Shown here: positions 9,436-24,400 of the stretch, piece by piece
How the letters are laid out: each line of letters starts with the position of its first letter
Position numbering within the stretch: position 1 is the stretch's first letter
Translations under genes and position numbers: made by a program
Notes under the pieces: generated by a model
Databases searched by the model: none
What the model was told of the DNA's origin: nothing
The model's input: only the letters and a program-made list of their open reading frames with translations
Assembly (NCBI GenBank): GCA_047495785.1
Contig: JBLDXI010000031.1
Span: 1,992,235 to 2,056,234 of the forward strand
Source: Lepidodermella squamata
Lineage: Eukaryota > Animalia > Gastrotricha
DNA: 64,000 bases
Reading direction: 5' to 3'

Positions 9436-12400
9436 TTCGCTGGCAGCCATAACAGGCTGAAACCGCTGTTTTCGCCACTTGCCCGTGTCGCCGCGGTTCG
9501 GCATCGTGCCCAACCAGTGCAAATCACTCATGTTCGTGTGTCATTCGTTTGTGGCAGCAACGCCATGCACGTTTGCAGGCGATTCGGGCACATCTCAGGT
9601 GACGCCTATTTCGCTGCAAGCCGCAGGAGGCTGGAATCGTTGTGTTCAGCCCTTGTACGTACCGCAGCTATGCGGAAACGGGCTGAAACCAGGTGAACCA
9701 TGCACATTCGCGCTTCATTCGATAGCGGCAGCAAGCGCAAACACGTTTGCAGCCGATACGCGCATATTTCTGATGACCGATATTTCGCTGGCAGCCATAA
9801 CAGGCTGAAACGGCTGTTTTCGCCACTTGCCCGTGTCGCCGCGGTTCGGCATCGTGCCCAACCAGTGCAAATCACTCATGTTCGTGTGTCATTCGTTTGT
9901 GGCAGCAACGCCATGCACGTTTGCAGGCGATTCGGGCACATCTCAGGTGACGCCTATTTCGCTGCAAGCCGCAGGAGGCTGGAATCGTTGTGTTCAGCCC
10001 TTGTACGTACCGCAGCTATGCGGAAACGGGCTGAAACCAGGTGAACCATGCACATTCGCGCTTCATTCGATCGCGGCAGCAAGCGCAAACACGTTCGCAG
10101 CCGATACGCGCATATTCCGGGTGACCGATATTTCGCTGGCAGCCATAACAGGCTGAAACCGCTGTTTTCGCCACTGCCCGTGTCGCCGCGGTTCGGCATC
10201 GTGCCCAACCAGTGCAAATCACTCATGTTCGTGTGTCATTCGTTTGTGGCAGCAACGCCATGCACGTTTGCAGGCGATTCGGGCACATCTCAGGTGACGC
10301 CTATTTCGCTGCAAGCCGCAGGAGGCTGGAATCGTTGTGTTCAGCCCTTGTACGTACCGCAGCTATGCGGAAACGGGCTGAAACCAGGTGAACCATGCAC
10401 ATTCGCGCTTCATTCGATCGCGGCAGCAAGCGCAAACACGTTTGCAGCCGATACGCGCATATTCCGGGTGACCGATATTTCGCTGGCAGCCATAACAGGC
10501 TGAAACCGCTGTTTTCGCCACTTGCCCGTGTCGCCGCGGTTCGGCATCGTGCCCAACCAGTGCAAATCACTCATGTTCGTGTGTCATTCGTTTGTGGCAG
10601 CAACGCCATGCACGTTTGCAGGCGATTCGGGCACATCTCAGGTGACGCCTATTTCGCTGCAAGCCGCAGGAGGCTGGAATCGTTGTGTTCAGCCCTTGTA
10701 CGTACCGCAGCTATGCGGAAACGGGCTGAAACCAGGTGAACCATGCACATTCGCGCTTCATTCGATCGCGGCAGCAAGCGCAAACACGTTCGCAGCCGAT
10801 ACGCGCATATTCCGGGTGACCGATATTTCGCTGGCAGCCATAACAGGCTGAAACCGCTGTTTTCGCCACTTGCCCGTGTCGCCGCGGTTCGGCATCGTGC
10901 CCAACCAGTGCAAATCACTCATGTTCGTGTGTCATTCGTTTGTGGCAGCAACGCCATGCACGTTTGCAGGCGATTCGGGCACATCTCAGGTGACGCCTAT
11001 TTCGCTGCAAGCCGCAGGAGGCTGGAATCGTTGTGTTCAGCCCTTGTACGTACCGCAGCTATGCGGAAACGGGCTGAAACCAGGTGAACCATGCACATTC
11101 GCGCTTCATTCGATAGCGGCAGCAAGCGCAAACACGTTCGCAGCCGATACGCGCATATCTCGGATGACCGATATTTCGCTGGCAGCCATAACAGGCTGAA
11201 ACCGCTGTTTTCGCCACTTGCCCGTGTCGCCGCGGTTCGGCATCGTGCCCAACCAGTGCAAATCACTCATGTTCGTGTGTCATTCGTTTGTGGCAGCAAC
11301 GCCATGCACGTTTGCAGGCGATTCGGGCACATCTCAGGTGACGCCTATTTCGCTGCAAGCCGCAGGAGGCTGGAATCGTTGTGTTCAGCCCTTGTACGTA
11401 CCGCAGCTATGCGGAAACGGGCTGAAACCAGGTGAACCATGCACATTCGCGCTTCATTCGATAGCGGCAGCAAGCGCAAACACGTTTGCAGCCGATACGC
11501 GCATATTTCTGATGACCGATATTTCGCTGGCAGCCATAACAGGCTGAAACCGCTGTTTTCGCCACTTGCCCGTGTCGCCGCGGTTCGGCATCGTGCCCAA
11601 CCAGTGCAAATCACTCATGTTCGTGTGTCATTCGTTTGTGGCAGCAACGCCATGCACGTTTGCAGGCGATTCGGGCACATCTCAGGTGACGCCTATTTCG
11701 CTGCAAGCCGCAGGAGGCTGGAATCGTTGTGTTCAGCCCTTGTACGTACCGCAGCTATGCGGAAACGGGCTGAAACCAGGTGAACCATGCACATTCGCGC
11801 TTCATTCGATCGCGGCAGCAAGCGCAAACACGTTTGCAGCCGATACGCGCATATTTCGGGTGACCGATATTTCGCTGGCAGCCATAACAGGCTGAAACCG
11901 CTGTTTTCGCCACTTGCCCGTGTCGCCGCGGTTCGGCATCGTGCCCAACCAGTGCAAATCACTCATGTTCGTGTGTCATTCGTTTGTGGCAGCAACGCCA
12001 TGCACGTTTGCAGGCGATTCGGGCACATCTCAGGTGACGCCTATTTCGCTGCAAGCCGCAGGAGGCTGGAATCGTTGTGTTCAGCCCTTGTACGTACCGC
12101 AGCTATGCGGAAACGGGCTGAAACCAGGTGAACCATGCACATTCGCGCTTCATTCGATCGCGGCAGCAAGCGCAAACACGTTTGCAGCCGATACGCGCAT
12201 ATTTCGGGTGACCGATATTTCGCTGGCAGCCATAACAGGCTGAAACCGCTGTTTTCGCCACTTGCCCGTGTCGCCGCGGTTCGGCATCGTGCCCAACCAG
12301 TGCAAATCACTCATGTTCGTGTGTCATTCGTTTGTGGCAGCAACGCCATGCACGTTTGCAGGCGATTCGGGCACATCTCAGGTGACGCCTATTTCGCTGC

Positions 12401-15400
12401 AAGCCGCAGGAGGCTGGAATCGTTGTGTTCAGCCCTTGTACGTACCGCAGCTATGCGGAAACGGGCTGAAACCAGGTGAACCATGCACATTCGCGCTTCA
12501 TTCGATAGCGGCAGCAAGCGCAAACACGTTTGCAGCCGATACGCGCATATTTCTGATGACCGATATTTCGCTGGCAGCCATAACAGGCTGAAACCGCTGT
12601 TTTCGCCACTTGCCCGTGTCGCCGCGGTTCGGCATCGTGCCCAACCAGTGCAAATCACTCATGTTCGTGTGTCATTCGTTTGTGGCAGCAACGCCATGCA
12701 CGTTTGCAGGCGATTCGGGCACATCTCAGGTGACGCCTATTTCGCTGCAAGCCGCAGGAGGCTGGAATCGTTGTGTTCAGCCCTTGTACGTACCGCAGCT
12801 ATGCGGAAACGGGCTGAAACCAGGTGAACCATGCACATTCGCGCTTCATTCGATCGCGGCAGCAAGCGCAAACACGTTTGCAGCCGATACGCGCATATTT
12901 CGGGTGACCGATATTTCGCTGGCAGCCATAACAGGCTGAAACCGCTGTTTTCGCCACTTGCCCGTGTCGCCGCGGTTCGGCATCGTGCCCAACCAGTGCA
13001 AATCACTCATGTTCGTGTGTCATTCGTTTGTGGCAGCAACGCCATGCACGTTTGCAGGCGATTCGGGCACATCTCAGGTGACGCCTATTTCGCTGCAAGC
13101 CGCAGGAGGCTGGAATCGTTGTGTTCAGCCCTTGTACGTACCGCAGCTATGCGGAAACGGGCTGAAACCAGGTGAACCATGCACATTCGCGCTTCATTCG
13201 ATCGCGGCAGCAAGCGCAAACACGTTCGCAGCCGATAGGCGCATATTTCGGATGACCGATATTTCGCTGGCAGCCATAACAGGCTGAAACCGCTGTTTTC
13301 GCCACTGCCCGTGTCGCCGCGGTTCGGCATCGTGCCCAACCAGTGCAAATCACTCATGTTCGTGTGTCATTCGTTTGTGGCAGCAACGCCATGCACGTTT
13401 GCAGGCGATTCGGGCACATCTCAGGTGACGCCTATTTCGCTGCAAGACGCAGGAGGCTGGAATCGTTGTGTTCAGCCCTTGTACGTACCGCAGCTATGCG
13501 GAAACGGACTGAAACCAGGTAAACCATGCACATTCGCGCTTCATTCGATCGCGGCAGCAAGCGCAAACACGTTCGCAGCCGATACGCGCATATTCCGGGT
13601 GACCGATATTTCGCTGGCAGCCATAACAGGCTGAAACCGCTGTTTTCGCCACTTGCCCGTGTCGCCGCGGTTCGGCATCGTGCCCAACCAGTGCAAATCA
13701 CTCATGTTCGTGTGTCATTCGTTTGTGGCAGCAACGCCATGCACGTTTGCAGGCGATTCGGGCACATCTCAGGTGACGCCTATTTCGCTGCAAGCCGCAG
13801 GAGGCTGGAATCGTTGTGTTCAGCCCTTGTACGTACCGCAGCTATGCGGAAACGGGCTGAAACCAGGTGAACCATGCACATTCGCGCTTCATTCGATCGC
13901 GGCAGCAAGCGCAAACACGTTCGCAGCCGATACGCGCATATTTCGGATGACCGATATTTCGCTGGCAGCCATAACAGGCTGAAACCGCTGTTTTCGCCAC
14001 TTGCCCGTGTCGCCGCGGTTCGGCATCGTGCCCAACCAGTGCAAATCACTCATGTTCGTGTGTCATTCGTTTGTGGCAGCAACGCCATGCACGTTTGCAG
14101 GCGATTCGGGCACATCTCAGGTGACGCCTATTTCGCTGCAAGCCGCAGGAGGCTGGAATCGTTGTGTTCAGCCCTTGTACGTACCGCAGCTATGCGGAAA
14201 CGGGCTGAAACCAGGTGAACCATGCACATTCGCGCTTCATTCGATAGCGGCAGCAAGCGCAAACACGTTTGCAGCCGATACGCGCATATTTCTGATGACC
14301 GATATTTCGCTGGCAGCCATAACAGGCTGAAACCGCTGTTTTCGCCACTTGCCCGTGTCGCCGCGGTTCGGCATCGTGCCCAACCAGTGCAAATCACTCA
14401 TGTTCGTGTGTCATTCGTTTGTGGCAGCAACGCCATGCACGTTTGCAGGCGATTCGGGCACATCTCAGGTGACGCCTATTTCGCTGCAAGCCGCAGGAGG
14501 CTGGAATCGTTGTGTTCAGCCCTTGTACGTACCGCAGCTATGCGGAAACGGGCTGAAACCAGGTGAACCATGCACATTCGCGCTTCATTCGATCGCGGCA
14601 GCAAGCGCAAACACGTTTGCAGCCGATACGCGCATATTTCGGGTGACCGATATTTCGCTGGCAGCCATAACAGGCTGAAACCGCTGTTTTCGCCACTTGC
14701 CCGTGTCGCCGCGGTTCGGCATCGTGCCCAACCAGTGCAAATCACTCATGTTCGTGTGTCATTCGTTTGTGGCAGCAACGCCATGCACGTTTGCAGGCGA
14801 TTCGGGCACATCTCAGGTGACGCCTATTTCGCTGCAAGCCGCAGGAGGCTGGAATCGTTGTGTTCAGCCCTTGTACGTACCGCAGCTATGCGGAAACGGG
14901 CTGAAACCAGGTGAACCATGCACATTCGCGCTTCATTCGATCGCGGCAGCAAGCGCAAACACGTTCGCAGCCGATAGGCGCATATTTCGGATGACCGATA
15001 TTTCGCTGGCAGCCATAACAGGCTGAAACCGCTGTTTTCGCCACTGCCCGTGTCGCCGCGGTTCGGCATCGTGCCCAACCAGTGCAAATCACTCATGTTC
15101 GTGTGTCATTCGTTTGTGGCAGCAACGCCATGCACGTTTGCAGGCGATTCGGGCACATCTCAGGTGACGCCTATTTCGCTGCAAGCCGCAGGAGGCTGGA
15201 ATCGTTGTGTTCAGCCCTTGTACGTACCGCAGCTATGCGGAAACGGGCTGAAACCAGGTGAACCATGCACATTCGCGCTTCATTCGATCGCGGCAGCAAG
15301 CGCAAACACGTTCGCAGCCGATAGGCGCATATTTCGGATGACCGATATTTCGCTGGCAGCCATAACAGGCTGAAACCGCTGTTTTCGCCACTGCCCGTGT

Positions 15401-18400
15401 CGCCGCGGTTCGGCATCGTGCCCAACCAGTGCAAATCACTCATGTTCGTGTGTCATTCGTTTGTGGCAGCAACGCCATGCACGTTTGCAGGCGATTCGGG
15501 CACATCTCAGGTGACGCCTATTTCGCTGCAAGCCGCAGGAGGCTGGAATCGTTGTGTTCAGCCCTTGTACGTACCGCAGCTATGCGGAAACGGGCTGAAA
15601 CCAGGTGAACCATGCACATTCGCGCTTCATTCGATCGCGGCAGCAAGCGCAAACACGTTCGCAGCCGATACGCGCATATTTCGGATGACCGATATTTCGC
15701 TGGCAGCCATAACAGGCTGAAACCGCTGTTTTCGCCACTTGCCCGTGTCGCCGCGGTTCGGCATCGTGCCCAACCAGTGCAAATCACTCATGTTCGTGTG
15801 TCATTCGTTTGTGGCAGCAACGCCATGCACGTTTGCAGGCGATTCGGGCACATCTCAGGTGACGCCTATTTCGCTGCAAGCCGCAGGAGGCTGGAATCGT
15901 TGTGTTCAGCCCTTGTACGTACCGCAGCTATGCGGAAACGGGCTGAAACCAGGTGAACCATGCACATTCGCGCTTCATTCGATAGCGGCAGCAAGCGCAA
16001 ACACGTTTGCAGCCGATACGCGCATATTTCTGATGACCGATATTTCGCTGGCAGCCATAACAGGCTGAAACCGCTGTTTTCGCCACTTGCCCGTGTCGCC
16101 GCGGTTCGGCATCGTGCCCAACCAGTGCAAATCACTCATGTTCGTGTGTCATTCGTTTGTGGCAGCAACGCCATGCACGTTTGCAGGCGATTCGGGCACA
16201 TCTCAGGTGACGCCTATTTCGCTGCAAGCCGCAGGAGGCTGGAATCGTTGTGTTCAGCCCTTGTACGTACCGCAGCTATGCGGAAACGGGCTGAAACCAG
16301 GTGAACCATGCACATTCGCGCTTCATTCGATCGCGGCAGCAAGCGCAAACACGTTTGCAGCCGATACGCGCATATTTCGGGTGACCGATATTTCGCTGGC
16401 AGCCATAACAGGCTGAAACCGCTGTTTTCGCCACTTGCCCGTGTCGCCGCGGTTCGGCATCGTGCCCAACCAGTGCAAATCACTCATGTTCGTGTGTCAT
16501 TCGTTTGTGGCAGCAACGCCATGCACGTTTGCAGGCGATTCGGGCACATCTCAGGTGACGCCTATTTCGCTGCAAGCCGCAGGAGGCTGGAATCGTTGTG
16601 TTCAGCCCTTGTACGTACCGCAGCTATGCGGAAACGGGCTGAAACCAGGTGAACCATGCACATTCGCGCTTCATTCGATAGCGGCAGCAAGCGCAAACAC
16701 GTTTGCAGCCGATACGCGCATATTTCTGATGACCGATATTTCGCTGGCAGCCATAACAGGCTGAAACCGCTGTTTTCGCCACTTGCCCGTGTCGCCGCGG
16801 TTCGGCATCGTGCCCAACCAGTGCAAATCACTCATGTTCGTGTGTCATTCGTTTGTGGCAGCAACGCCATGCACGTTTGCAGGCGATTCGGGCACATCTC
16901 AGGTGACGCCTATTTCGCTGCAAGCCGCAGGAGGCTGGAATCGTTGTGTTCAGCCCTTGTACGTACCGCAGCTATGCGGAAACGGGCTGAAACCAGGTGA
17001 ACCATGCACATTCGCGCTTCATTCGATAGCGGCAGCAAGCGCAAACACGTTTGCAGCCGATACGCGCATATTTCTGATGACCGATATTTCGCTGGCAGCC
17101 ATAACAGGCTGAAACCGCTGTTTTCGCCACTTGCCCGTGTCGCCGCGGTTCGGCATCGTGCCCAACCAGTGCAAATCACTCATGTTCGTGTGTCATTCGT
17201 TTGTGGCAGCAACGCCATGCACGTTTGCAGGCGATTCGGGCACATCTCAGGTGACGCCTATTTCGCTGCAAGCCGCAGGAGGCTGGAATCGTTGTGTTCA
17301 GCCCTTGTACGTACCGCAGCTATGCGGAAACGGGCTGAAACCAGGTGAACCATGCACATTCGCGCTTCATTCGATCGCGGCAGCAAGCGCAAACACGTTT
17401 GCAGCCGATACGCGCATATTTCGGGTGACCGATATTTCGCTGGCAGCCATAACAGGCTGAAACCGCTGTTTTCGCCACTTGCCCGTGTCGCCGCGGTTCG
17501 GCATCGTGCCCAACCAGTGCAAATCACTCATGTTCGTGTGTCATTCGTTTGTGGCAGCAACGCCATGCACGTTTGCAGGCGATTCGGGCACATCTCAGGT
17601 GACGCCTATTTCGCTGCAAGCCGCAGGAGGCTGGAATCGTTGTGTTCAGCCCTTGTACGTACCGCAGCTATGCGGAAACGGGCTGAAACCAGGTGAACCA
17701 TGCACATTCGCGCTTCATTCGATAGCGGCAGCAAGCGCAAACACGTTTGCAGCCGATACGCGCATATTTCTGATGACCGATATTTCGCTGGCAGCCATAA
17801 CAGGCTGAAACCGCTGTTTTCGCCACTTGCCCGTGTCGCCGCGGTTCGGCATCGTGCCCAACCAGTGCAAATCACTCATGTTCGTGTGTCATTCGTTTGT
17901 GGCAGCAACGCCATGCACGTTTGCAGGCGATTCGGGCACATCTCAGGTGACGCCTATTTCGCTGCAAGCCGCAGGAGGCTGGAATCGTTGTGTTCAGCCC
18001 TTGTACGTACCGCAGCTATGCGGAAACGGGCTGAAACCAGGTGAACCATGCACATTCGCGCTTCATTCGATCGCGGCAGCAAGCGCAAACACGTTTGCAG
18101 CCGATACGCGCATATTTCGGGTGACCGATATTTCGCTGGCAGCCATAACAGGCTGAAACCGCTGTTTTCGCCACTTGCCCGTGTCGCCGCGGTTCGGCAT
18201 CGTGCCCAACCAGTGCAAATCACTCATGTTCGTGTGTCATTCGTTTGTGGCAGCAACGCCATGCACGTTTGCAGGCGATTCGGGCACATCTCAGGTGACG
18301 CCTATTTCGCTGCAAGCCGCAGGAGGCTGGAATCGTTGTGTTCAGCCCTTGTACGTACCGCAGCTATGCGGAAACGGGCTGAAACCAGGTGAACCATGCA

Positions 18401-21400
18401 CATTCGCGCTTCATTCGATAGCGGCAGCAAGCGCAAACACGTTCGCAGCCGATAGGCGCATATTTCGGATGACCGATATTTCGCTGGCAGCCATAACGGG
18501 CTGAAACCGCTGTTTTCGCCACTTGCCCGTGTCGCCGCGGTTCGGCATCGTGCCCAACCAGTGCAAATCACTCATGTTCGTGTGTCATTCGTTTGTGGCA
18601 GCAACGCCATGCACGTTTGCAGGCGATTCGGGCACATCTCAGGTGACGCCTATTTCGCTGCAAGCCGCAGGAGGCTGGAATCGTTGTGTTCAGCCCTTGT
18701 ACGTACCGCAGCTATGCGGAAACGGGCTGAAACCAGGTGAACCATGCACATTCGCGCTTCATTCGATCGCGGCAGCAAGCGCAAACACGTTCGCAGCCGA
18801 TAGGCGCATATTTCGGATGACCGATATTTCGCTGGCAGCCATAACAGGCTGAAACCGCTGTTTTCGCCACTTGCCCGTGTCGCCGCGGTTCGGCATCGTG
18901 CCCAACCAGTGCAAATCACTCATGTTTGTGTGTCATTCGTTTGTGGCAGCAACGCCATGCACGTTTGCAGGCGATTCGGGCACATCTCAGGTGACGCCTA
19001 TTTCGCTGCAAGCCGCAGGAGGCTGGAATCGTTGTGTTCCGCTCTTGTACGTACCGCAGCTATGCGGAAACGGGCTGAAACCAGGTGAACCATGCACATT
19101 CGCGCTTCATTCGATCGCGGCAGCAAGCGCAAACACGTTCGCAGCCGATAGGCGCATATTTCGGATGACCGATATTTCGCTGGCAGCCATAACAGGCTGA
19201 AACCGCTGTTTTCGCCACTTGCCCGTGTCGCCGCGGTTCGGCATCGTGCCCAACCAGTGCAAATCACTCATGTTCGTGTGTCATTCGTTTGTGGCAGCAA
19301 CGCCATGCACGTTTGCAGGCGATTCGGGTACATCTCAGGTGACGCCTATTTCGCTGCAAGACGCAGGAGGCTGGAATCGTTGTGTTCCGCTCTTGTACGT
19401 ACCGCAGCTATGCGGAAACGGGCTGAAACCAGGTAAACCATGCACATTCGCGCTTCATTCGATAGCGGCAGCAAGCGCAAACACGTTTGCAGCCGATACG
19501 CGCATATTTCTGATGACCGATATTTCGCTGCCAGCCATAACAGGCTGAAACCGCTGTTTTCGCCACTTGCCCGTGTCGCCGCGGTTTGGCATCGTGCCCA
19601 ACCAGTGCAAATCACTCATGTTCGTGTGTCATTCGTTTGTGGCAGCAACGCCATGCACGTTTGCAGGCGATTCGGGCACATCTCAGGTGACGCCTATTTC
19701 GCTGCAAGCCGCAGAAGGCTGGAATCGTTGTGCTCAGCCCATGTGCGTACCGCAGCTATGCGGAAACGGACTGAAACCAGGTAAACCATGCACATTCGCG
19801 CTTCATTCGATAGCGGCAGCAAGCGCAAACACGTTTGCAGCCGATACGCGCATATTTCTGATGACCGATATTTCGCTGGCAGCCATAACAGGCTGAAACC
19901 GCTGTTTTCGCCACTTGCCCGTGTCGCCGCGGTTCGGCATCGTGCCCAACCAGTGCAAATCACTCATGTTCGTGTGTCATTCGTTTGTGGCAGCAACGCC
20001 ATGCACGTTTGCAGGCGATTCGGGCACATCTCAGGTGACGCCTATTTCGCTGCAAGCCGCAGGAGGCTGGAATCGTTGTGTTCAGCCCTTGTACGTACCG
20101 CAGCTATGCGGAAACGGGCTGAAACCAGGTGAACCATGCACATTCGCGCTTCATTCGATCGCGGCAGCAAGCGCAAACACGTTTGCAGCCGATACGCGCA
20201 TATTTCTGATGACCGATATTTCGCTGGCAGCCATAACAGGCTGAAACCGCTGTTTTCGCCACTTGCTCGTGTCGCCGCGGTTCGGCATCGTGCCCAACCA
20301 GTGCAAATCACTCATGTTCGTGTGTCATTCGTTTGTGGCAGCAACGCCATGCACGTTTGCAGGCGATTCGGGCACATCTCAGGTGACGCCTATTTCGCTG
20401 CAAGCCGCAGAAGGCTGGAATCGTTGTGCTCAGCTCTTGTACGTACCGCAGCTATGCGGAAACGGGCTGAAACCAGGTTAACCATGCACATTCGCGCTTC
20501 ATTCGATAGCGGCAGCAAGCGCAAACACGTTTGCAGCCGATACGCGCATATTTCTGATGACCGATATTTCGCTGCCAGCCATAACAGGCTGAAACCGCTG
20601 TTTTCGCTACTTGCCCGTGTCGCCGCGGTTTGGCATCGTGCCCAACCAGTGCAAATCACTCATGTTCGTGTGTCATTCGTTTGTGGCAGCAACGCCATGC
20701 ACGTTTGCAGGCGATTCGGGCACATCTCAGGTGACGCCTATTTCGCTGCAAGCCGCAGAAGGCTGGAATCGTTGTGCTCAGCCCATGTGCGTACCGCAGC
20801 TATGCGGAAACGGACTGAAACCAGGTAAACCATGCACATTCGCGCTTCATTCGATAGCGGCAGCAAGCGCAAACACGTTTGCAGCCGATACGCGCATATT
20901 TCTGATGACCGATATTTCGCTGGCAGCCATAACAGGCTGAAACCGCTGTTTTCGCCACTTGCCCGTGTCGCCGCGGTTCGGCATCGTGCCCAACCAGTGC
21001 AAATCACTCATGTTCGTGTGTCATTCGTTTGTGGCAGCAACGCCATGCACGTTTGCAGGCGATTCGGGCACATCTCAGGTGACGCCTATTTCGCTGCAAG
21101 CCGCAGAAGGCTGGAATCGTTGTGCTCAGCCCTTGTACGTACCGCAGCTATGCGGAAACGGGCTGAAACCAGGTAAACCATGCACATTCGCGCTTCATTC
21201 GATAGCGGCAGCAAGCGCAAACACGTTCGCAGCCGATACGCGCATATTTCTGATGACCGATATTTCGCTGGCAGCCATAACAGGCTGAAACCGCTGTTTT
21301 CGCCACTTGCCCGTGTCGCCGCGGTTCGGCATCGTGCCCAACCAGTGCAAATCACTCATGTTCGTGTGTCATTCGTTTGTGGCAGCAACGCCATGCACGT

Positions 21401-24400
21401 TTGCAGGCGATTCGGGCACATCTCAGGTGACGCCTATTTCGCTGCAAGCCGCAGAAGGCTGGAATCGTTGTGCTCAGCCCTTGTACGTACCGCAGCTATG
21501 CGGAAACGGGCTGAAACCAGGTAAACCATGCACATTCGCGCTTCATTCGATAGCGGCAGCAAGCGCAAACACGTTCGCAGCCGATACGCGCATATTTCTG
21601 ATGACCGATATTTCGCTGGCAGCCATAACAGGCTGAAACCGCTGTTTTCGCCACTTGCCCGTGTCGCCGCGGTTCGGCATCGTGCCCAACCAGTGCAAAT
21701 CACTCATGTTCGTGTGTCATTCGTTTGTGGCAGCAACGCCATGCACGTTTGCAGGCGATTCGGGCACATCTCAGGTGACGCCTATTTCGCTGCAAGCCGC
21801 AGAAGGCTGGAATCGTTGTGCTCAGCCCTTGTACGTACCGCAGCTATGCGGAAACGGGCTGAAACCAGGTAAACCCTGCACATTCGCGCTTCATTCGATC
21901 GCGGCAGCAAGCGCAAACACGTTTGCAGCCGATACGCGCATATTTCTGATGACCGATATTTCGCTGGCAGCCATAACAGGCTGAAACCGCTGTTTTCGCC
22001 ACTTGCTCGTGTCGCCGCGGTTCGGCATCGTGCCCAACCAGTGCAAATCACTCATGTTCGTGTGTCATTCGTTTGTGGCAGCAACGCCATGCACGTTTGC
22101 AGGCGATTCGGGCACATCTCAGGTGACGCCTATTTCGCTGCAAGCCGCAGAAGGCTGGAATCGTTGTGCTCAGCCCTTGTACGTACCGCAGCTATGCGGA
22201 AACGGGCTGAAACCAGGTAAACCATGCACATTCGCGCTTCATTCGATAGCGGCAGCAAGGGCAAACACGTTTGCAGCCGATACGCGCATATTTCTGATGA
22301 CCGATATTTCGCTGGCAGCCATAACAGGCTGAAACCGCTGTTTTCGCCACTTGCCCGTGTCGCCGCGGTTCGGCATCGTGCCCAACCAGTGCAAATCACT
22401 CATGTTCGTGTGTCATTCGTTTGTGGCAGCAACGCCATGCACGTTTGCAGGCGATTCGGGCACATCTCAGGTGACGCCTATTTCGCTGCAAGCCGCAGGA
22501 GGCTGGAATCGTTGTGTTCAGCCCTTGTACGTACCGCAGCTATGCGGAAACGGGCTGAAACCAGGTGAACCATGCACATTCGCGCTTCATTCGATCGCGG
22601 CAGCAAGCGCAAACACGTTTGCAGCCGATACGCGCATATTCCGGGTGACCGATATTTCGCTGCCAGCCATAACAGGCTGAAACCGCTGTTTTCGCCACTT
22701 GCCCGTGTCGCCGCGGTTTGGCATCGTGCCCAACCAGTGCAAATCACTCATGTTCGTGTGTCATTCGTTTGTGGCAGCAACGCCATGCACGTTTGCAGGC
22801 GATTCGGGCACATCTCAGGTGACGCCTATTTCGCTGCAAGCCGCAGAAGGCTGGAATCGTTGTGTTCAGCTCTTGTACGTACCGCAGCTATGCGGAAACG
22901 GGCTGAAACCAGGTAAACCATGCACATTCGCGCTTCATTCGATAGCGGCAGCAAGCGCAAACACGTTCGCAGCCGATACGCGCATATTCCGGGTGACCGA
23001 TATTTCGCTGCCAGCCATAACAGGCTGAAACCGCTGTTTTCGCCACTTGCCCGTGTCGCCGCGGTTCGGCATCGTGCCCAACCAGTGCAAATCACTCATG
23101 TTCGTGTGTCATTCGTTTGTGGCAGCAACGCCATGCACGTTTGCAGGCGATTCGGGCACATCTCAGGTGACGCCTATTTCGCTGCAAGCCGCAGAAGGCT
23201 GGAATCGTTGTGTTCAGCTCTTGTACGTACCGCAGCTATGCGGAAACGGGCTGAAACCAGGTAAACCATGCACATTCGCGCTTCATTCGATAGCGGCAGC
23301 AAGCGCAAACACGTTTGCAGCCGATACGCGCATATTCCGGGTGACCGATATTTCGCTGGCAGCCATAACAGGCTGAAACCGCTGTTTTCGCCACTTGCCC
23401 GTGTCGCCGCGGTTCGGCATCGTGCCCAACCAGTGCAAATCACTCATGTTCGTGTGTCATTCGTTTGTGGCAGCAACGCCATGCACGTTTGCAGGCGATT
23501 CGGGCACATCTCAGGTGACGCCTATTTCGCTGCAAGCCGCAGGAGGCTGGAATCGTTGTGTTCAGCCCTTGTACGTACCGCAGCTATGCGGAAACGGGCT
23601 GAAACCAGGTGAACCATGCACATTCGCGCTTCATTCGATCGCGGCAGCAAGCGCAAACACGTTCGCAGCCGATACGCGCATATTTCGGATGACCGATATT
23701 TCGCTGGCAGCCATAACAGGCTGAAACCGCTGTTTTCGCCACTTGCCCGTGTCGCCGCGGTTCGGCATCGTGCCCAACCAGTGCAAATCACTCATGTTCG
23801 TGTGTCATTCGTTTGTGGCAGCAACGCCATGCACGTTTGCAGGCGATTCGGGCACATCTCAGGTGACGCCTATTTCGCTGCAAGCCGCAGAAGGCTGGAA
23901 TCGTTGTGTTCAGCTCTTGTACGTACCGCAGCTATGCGGAAACGGGCTGAAACCAGGTAAACCATGCACATTCGCGCTTCATTCGATAGCGGCAGCAAGC
24001 GCAAACACGTTTGCAGCCGATACGCGCATATTCCGGGTGACCGATATTTCGCTGGCAGCCATAACAGGCTGAAACCGCTGTTTTCGCCACTTGCCCGTGT
24101 CGCCGCGGTTCGGCATCGTGCCCAACCAGTGCAAATCACTCATGTTCGTGTGTCATTCGTTTGTGGCAGCAACGCCATGCACGTTTGCAGGCGATTCGGG
24201 CACATCTCAGGTGACGCCTATTTCGCTGCAAGCCGCAGGAGGCTGGAATCGTTGTGTTCAGCCCTTGTACGTACCGCAGCTATGCGGAAACGGGCTGAAA
24301 CCAGGTGAACCATGCACATTCGCGCTTCATTCGATAGCGGCAGCAAGCGCAAACACGTTCGCAGCCGATACGCGCATATTCCGGGTGACCGATATTTCGC

